A DNA stretch of 64,000 bases, from positions 25,772-89,771 of the forward strand of contig DASSSZ010000001.1 in assembly GCA_035708165.1 (NCBI GenBank), written 5' to 3'. The notes beneath the pieces were generated by a model. It saw only the letters and a program-made list of their open reading frames with translations, did not search any database and was not told where the DNA came from. The translations under genes were made by a program, and so were the position numbers. Below, piece after piece: positions 59,064 to 64,000 of the stretch (the stretch's first letter is position 1; every line of letters begins with the position of its first letter). This DNA comes from Minisyncoccota bacterium. Lineage in GTDB: Bacteria; Patescibacteriota; Minisyncoccia; Phycocordibacterales; UBA2100.

Positions 59064-60461
59064 TCAGAATGCGTCATCCGGGCCGGCTGTCATGGATGCT
59101 TCAGCCGCCTGCGCATCGAAATCGCTGAATTCGTTCTTCTCGACGGAGGTGAGCGATGCGTACTTCTCATCGAAGTAGAGGTCGATCTTGCCGACCGGCC
59201 CGTTGCGGTGCTTCTCGACGAGGATCTCGACGATGTTATTGCGTTCATTGCTCGATCGCTCGCCCATCATGTCCTCGCGGTGGATGAACATCACGACGTC
59301 CGCATCCTGCTCGATCGAGCCGGAATCACGCAGGTCGGAAAGGCGCGGGCGCCCGCGGCGCTGCTCGACAGCGCGGGAGAGCTGGCTGAGCGCGAGCACC
59401 GGCACCTGCAGCTCGCGCGCCATCATCTTCAGCGAGCGGGAGATCTCGGTCACTTGCTGCACGAGCGAATCGGAGGCACGGCCGCCCGTCGGGCTGATGA
59501 GCTGCAGGTAGTCGATGATGACGAGGCCGAGCCCCTTCTCGCTCTTGAGGCGGCGCGCCGTGGCGCGCATCTGCAGCACGGTCGCGCCAGGGTTGTCATC
59601 GATATAGATCGGCGCGTCGTTGAGGCGTTCCATCGCCTCCTGCAGGCGCATGAAATCGTCCTCGCCCTGGATCTTCCCGGTGCGCAGCTTCCAGGAATCA
59701 ACGCGTGCCTCGGCTGCGAGCATGCGATCGACGAGCTGGTCGGTGCTCATCTCGAGCGCGAAGATGCCGACCGCCGTGCCATGCTGGATCGCGGTCTTGC
59801 GTGCGATATCGAGCGCGAACGCCGACTTACCCATGGACGGGCGGGCAGCGAGGATGACGAGGTCGCTCGGCTGGAAGCCGGAGAGCATGCGGTCGAGCTC
59901 TGCGAAGCCGGTCGGCACGCCGCGGATGCCATCCTTCTGCTTCTGCAGCCGCTCGAGCCGCTCCCAGGCATCCGTGAGCCCCTCTTTCATCGAGGTGAAC
60001 TTGCGCAGGGTAGGGGAATTCGCCACCGCGAAGACGGCTGCCTGCGCCTCATCGAGGATCTGCTCGATCTCGCGCTCCTCGTCGAAGCCAAGGTCGCCGA
60101 TCCGAGCCGCCGCTTCGATGAGCGAGCGCAGCATGTACTTGCTCTGGATGACCTGCGCGTAGTGCCGCACGCTCGTCGTCGATGGGGTGCCGTTCACGAG
60201 CTCGGAGAGGTACGCCGAGCCGCCGACCTGCTCGAGCTGCTTCTTCTCCTTCAGCTTGCCCGAGAGGGACACCAGGTCCACCGGTTCGCCTTTCTGGTGC
60301 AGCGCGAGCATCGCGTCGAATACCGTACGGTGCTTGCTCGCATAGAACGAATCGGGCCGCACGATATCCGAGACCTCGTACATCGCGTTCGCGTTCAGCA
60401 TGAGCGCTCCGAGGAGCGCGCGCTCGATATCGAGGTCTTGAGGCGGCACGCGATCAGCCAT
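59064..60461 (-). CDS. dnaB: Replicative DNA helicase
   Basis: ILAARPSMGKS, IDYLQL, LSQLSR, SDLRDSGSIEQDAD, KHRNG. Confidence 0.98.
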   Translation of the reverse strand: MADRVPPQDLDIERALLGALMLNANAMYEVSDIVRPDSFYASKHRTVFDAMLALHQKGEPVDLVSLSGKLKEKKQLEQVGGSAYLSELVNGTPSTTSVRHYAQVIQSKYMLRSLIEAAARIGDLGFDEEREIEQILDEAQAAVFAVANSPTLRKFTSMKEGLTDAWERLERLQKQKDGIRGVPTGFAELDRMLSGFQPSDLVILAARPSMGKSAFALDIARKTAIQHGTAVGIFALEMSTDQLVDRMLAAEARVDSWKLRTGKIQGEDDFMRLQEAMERLNDAPIYIDDNPGATVLQMRATARRLKSEKGLGLVIIDYLQLISPTGGRASDSLVQQVTEISRSLKMMARELQVPVLALSQLSRAVEQRRGRPRLSDLRDSGSIEQDADVVMFIHREDMMGERSSNERNNIVEILVEKHRNGPVGKIDLYFDEKYASLTSVEKNEFSDFDAQAAEASMTAGPDDAF

Positions 60462-60658
60462 GCCCACAGTGTATACCCCGGCGAGCAGGAGCGGAGAAAG
60501 CCGTCCCGCGGCGATCTGGGCATAGTCTGTGCATAAGTGCCGTGCGAGCAGGGAAGCGTCACATGCATGGGGCCGGCGATCAGCCCTGTAGGACCATTTG
60601 ACACGTCGTCATAAAATTGATACAAATTACGGCATAGATACTATTTGTGCGCAATAAT

Positions 60659-61690
60659 ATGGCGAGCAAACTGGCATTCTCACCCAAAGCGGTATCCCTG
60701 GAGCTCCTCGCAGAGCTGCCCGATCGCTCCCGGGCGATCCTCATCGATCGCTACGGCCTTTCGGGCAGCGCACAGAAGCGCACGCTCGAGGCGATCGGCC
60801 AGGAATACAGCATCACGCGCGAGCGTGTCCGGCAGATCGAGAACCATGCCCTTGCCGCGATCCGGGCTTCAGAGAGCTACCGCGCGCATCACCAGACCAC
60901 CTTCCAGGAGCTCAAGAGCGCGATCGATGCGCTGGGGAGCGTGCTTTCCGAGGCCTCGATCGTGAACGCACTGGGGGGCGCCGAGGACGGGCAGCACCTC
61001 GTCTTCCTCCTCACCGTCGGGCAGCCGTTCCAGTACGCGAAAGAGACTCCCGAGTATGTCGCGCGCTGGATGACCGACGCGCAGCTTGCCGAGCAGGTTC
61101 ATGCGGCGCTCGCGGAACTCGCTGGCATCATCTCCCGCGATGATCTCATCGCCGAAGAGGAGATCATGCGCCGCTTCGAGGGCGCGCTCGCGAAGTACGG
61201 CGTGAAGAAGGCGGATGCTGCGCAGCTGTCCTACTGGCTCGCGCTCTCCCGCATGATCGCCAAGAACCCGCTCGGTGAGTGGGGCCGTGCCGACTCGCCC
61301 CTCACCCGCGTGAAGAGCATGCGCGATTTCGCCTACCTCACGCTGAAGCGCCACGGCTCGCCGATGCACTTCACCGAGGTCGCGGAGACCATCGAGAAGC
61401 TCTTCGGCCGCAAGGCGCACCCGGCGACGTGCCATAACGAACTCATCAACGACCAGCGCTTCGTCCTGGTCGGGCGCGGGCTCTACGCGCTCGCCGAGTG
61501 GGGCTATCATCCGGGCGTCGTGCGCGATGTCATCCGCGAGATCCTCGCGAAGGAAGGCCCGCTCTCGCGCGAAGAGGTCATCGAGCGCGTGAAGCGCGAG
61601 CGCTACGTCAAGGACGCGACCATCACGGTCAACCTGCAGGACACGATGTTCGTCTGCACGCCGGACGGCAAGTACGCCGTCGCCGCGTAG
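60659..61690 (+). CDS. Sigma-70 region-4 HTH plus HARE-HTH-like winged-helix protein
   Basis: RTLEAIGQEYSITRERVRQIE; PMHFTEVA...HNELI...FVLVGRGLYAL.EW; no sigma region 2. Confidence 0.8.
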   Translation: MASKLAFSPKAVSLELLAELPDRSRAILIDRYGLSGSAQKRTLEAIGQEYSITRERVRQIENHALAAIRASESYRAHHQTTFQELKSAIDALGSVLSEASIVNALGGAEDGQHLVFLLTVGQPFQYAKETPEYVARWMTDAQLAEQVHAALAELAGIISRDDLIAEEEIMRRFEGALAKYGVKKADAAQLSYWLALSRMIAKNPLGEWGRADSPLTRVKSMRDFAYLTLKRHGSPMHFTEVAETIEKLFGRKAHPATCHNELINDQRFVLVGRGLYALAEWGYHPGVVRDVIREILAKEGPLSREEVIERVKRERYVKDATITVNLQDTMFVCTPDGKYAVAA

Positions 61691-61791
61691 TACGGAAGCG
61701 GGCAGGGGATGAAGCCGTCGCGCTGCGACGGCTTCATGCATATGTGGGTAGCGCCGAGGGCGCACGGGCACGCGGATGGTATCATTCCATC

Positions 61792-63081
61792 GTGCAGAAC
61801 GTCTTCGATTTCTTCGAGAAATGGGGGCTCGATAAGAAGTGGGTGCTCTTCCCGGCGGGCTTCGTCATGCTCATCGTGCTCGCTTGGCTCTACGAGGGCG
61901 AAGCGCCGGTGATCGGCGTCGCGTTCTCCTGGGCGTTCTTCTTCGCGCCCATCTGGCTCCCGGTGCTGCTCATCGCCGCCGGGTGGCCCTTGTGGCTCCA
62001 CTACGTCCGTACGAAATTCATCGCGAGCCAGAAGGTGACGCTCCTCGAGATCCGCATCCCGCGCGATATCCTCAAATCCCCGCGCGCGATGGAGCTCGTC
62101 TTCGACGGGCTGGCGTACGGCGGCGGCGAAGGCACGTTCATCAACCGCAATATCGAAGGCAGGGTCCGCCAGTGGTGGTCGTTCGAGATGGTGAGCATCG
62201 GCGGCCAGATCCATCTGTACATCTGGACGCGCGCCGGCATGCGCGACATGGTCGAGACGCAGCTCTATGCGCACTATCCCGGCATCGAGATCTACGAGGT
62301 GGACGATTACGCGACGCGATTCCATTTCGACCCGGCGACGACAGGCGCCTGGGGCTGCGATTTCATAAAGAACCCGAAGAAGCCCAAGGCGATGCCGCTC
62401 AAAACCTACGCCGATTACGAGCTCGACAAGAACCCTGATGAAGAGAACAAGGTCGACCCGATCGCGCACATCTACGAATCGCTCTCGGCGCTGAAGCCGG
62501 GCGAGCAGATCTGGCTGCAGATCATGTTCCGCCAGAGCAAAGAGGACCTATCGAAGGAGGTGCAGGAGACCATCAAGAAGATCCGCGACGATGCGACGCC
62601 GAAGTACACGGACGCGGAAGGCAACGAGCGCACCGGCTTCACGAGCCTCACGAAAGCGCAGGAGGAGCAGATCAACGCGATGGGCCGCGCGCTCGGCAAG
62701 AATGCGTTCGATATCGGGATGCGCACGGTCTACCTCTACCCAAAGGATGCTTTCAATTCCTCGCGCATCCAGATGCTCACCGGGCTCTGGCGCGCATTCG
62801 GCTCAGGCAATCTCAACAACCTGCAGCCGACCCGCTGGTTTACGACATTCAACTGGCCGTGGCAGGACTGGTTCATCTCGAAGGACGGCATGGCCGAGGA
62901 GCTCGTGGATGCCTACAAGCGCCGCTCCTGGTTCTGGCCGCCGTACAAGGAGGACCCGTTCGTGATGACGAGCGAGGAGCTCGCGACGATCTGCCACTTC
63001 CCGAGCTCGACCATCCAGGCGCCGGGCCTCGCACGGATCCCGGCTACGAAGGCTGAGGCGCCTTCGAACCTCCCTGTCTAA
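61792..63081 (+). CDS. Conserved hypothetical membrane protein
   Basis: Two N-terminal TM helices, LLEIRIP, WSFEMVS, QLYAHYP..EI.EVDDY, EELATICHFP; GTG start 6 nt after TATCAT. Confidence 0.8.
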   Translation: MQNVFDFFEKWGLDKKWVLFPAGFVMLIVLAWLYEGEAPVIGVAFSWAFFFAPIWLPVLLIAAGWPLWLHYVRTKFIASQKVTLLEIRIPRDILKSPRAMELVFDGLAYGGGEGTFINRNIEGRVRQWWSFEMVSIGGQIHLYIWTRAGMRDMVETQLYAHYPGIEIYEVDDYATRFHFDPATTGAWGCDFIKNPKKPKAMPLKTYADYELDKNPDEENKVDPIAHIYESLSALKPGEQIWLQIMFRQSKEDLSKEVQETIKKIRDDATPKYTDAEGNERTGFTSLTKAQEEQINAMGRALGKNAFDIGMRTVYLYPKDAFNSSRIQMLTGLWRAFGSGNLNNLQPTRWFTTFNWPWQDWFISKDGMAEELVDAYKRRSWFWPPYKEDPFVMTSEELATICHFPSSTIQAPGLARIPATKAEAPSNLPV

Positions 63082-63245
63082 CGCATGACCTCGCACGCGC
63101 CGCCTGCCTCATTACAGGACCCTGATGGCTCCTGCGCCGTACGCCCTCGTACGCCTGCGCCGCCATCCTTCCTGTCTCTCGCAGCCCCGCGCGCGCAGCG
63201 CCATGCTCGCTTCCTGCGCATGCGGATGCGCACCCTCCTCAGCGC

Positions 63246-64000
63246 ATGAACATCCTCACCGACCTCTACGAGTGCTTCTACGGCCAGCTCCGCGATCTGC
63301 GCGACTGGCGAGTGCGCATTCGCGGCGCATGGATGAAAGATGCGAACAAGCGCAGCACCTACATCCTGCTTACGATCATCATCGCCGTATCGCTTGTCTA
63401 CTGGCTCCTGCTCTCGCCGCCGCCGGCGTTCCCGACATCGGATATCATCACCATCCCGCAGGGCGCGAGCCTCACCGGCACGGCGCAGGAGCTCGCCGAT
63501 GCGCATATCGTGCGCTCAGCGGCAGTGCTGCGGCTCATCGTCACCCTCGAAGGCGGGCAGGGGAACGTAGTCGCGGGCGATTACCAGTTCGCGACCCCGG
63601 TGAACGCGTTCTCGGTCGCGCACCTGATCACGACGGGCACCTTCGGCCTGGTGCCGGTCCGGATCACCGTCCCCGAAGGCGCGACCGTGGATCAGATCGC
63701 CGATCTGTTCGGCGCGCACCTCAAGAAGTTCGACAAGGCGGCGTTCGTCGCCAAAGCCAAGCCGCTCGAAGGCTTCCTCTTCCCTGATACCTATTTCTTC
63801 CTGCCGAATGCCGACCAGGATCAGGTGATGCGCACGATGCTCTCGAACTTCCAGATGCAGATCGCGCCGCTGCAGCCGGCGATCGCGACCTCGACGCATT
63901 CGCTCTCGGATATCGTGATCATGGCATCGATCCTGGAGAAGGAAGCGCGCGACTACACCGATCGGCAGAAGATCGCTGGCGTGCTCTGGAAGCGCATCGC
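63246..64000 (+). CDS. mltG: Endolytic transglycosylase MltG (runs off window)
   Basis: Manual translation: TM, ITIPQG, AGDY, ITVPEG, LEGFLFPDTY, IMASILEKEA. Confidence 0.92.
   Translation, partial: MNILTDLYECFYGQLRDLRDWRVRIRGAWMKDANKRSTYILLTIIIAVSLVYWLLLSPPPAFPTSDIITIPQGASLTGTAQELADAHIVRSAAVLRLIVTLEGGQGNVVAGDYQFATPVNAFSVAHLITTGTFGLVPVRITVPEGATVDQIADLFGAHLKKFDKAAFVAKAKPLEGFLFPDTYFFLPNADQDQVMRTMLSNFQMQIAPLQPAIATSTHSLSDIVIMASILEKEARDYTDRQKIAGVLWKRI

Noticed and set aside
60462-60658. Possible replication origin next to dnaB
   Set aside because: Only one DnaA-box-like 9-mer and a short AT-rich stretch explained by a promoter

Overview
64 kb of a high-GC bacterial chromosome read with the standard code (TGA is a stop). 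The streamlined gene set, shortened DnaX/UvrA/UvrC, FtsQ type, DUF5667 anti-sigma and sigma4/HARE-HTH protein suggest Patescibacteria (CPR, Parcubacteria-like); this is inference. Core genes include relA/spoT (partial), topA, dprA, serS, dus, dnaX, typA, msrAB, tyrS, uvrB/uvrA/uvrC, murB, ddl, rmuC, rplU, recR, dnaB, mltG (partial), umuDC and four tRNAs. They are interleaved with surface or secreted proteins and many small orphan ORFs. No CRISPR array, rRNA, transposase or prophage was seen. Most notable non-annotated structure: (1) two tandem putative small-RNA genes at ~26.94-27.21 kb sharing a C-rich anti-Shine-Dalgarno-like loop; (2) a split between leaderless core genes and SD-led orphan genes; (3) a tRNA-Ala nested in a two-hairpin insert that interrupts a second tRNA-Ala copy; (4) a 121-bp palindromic element read in-frame inside dus; (5) a direct-repeat-bounded HTH mini-cassette behind tRNA-Gln. 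All product calls come from motif recognition by eye, and start sites were often reassigned from the ORF track.
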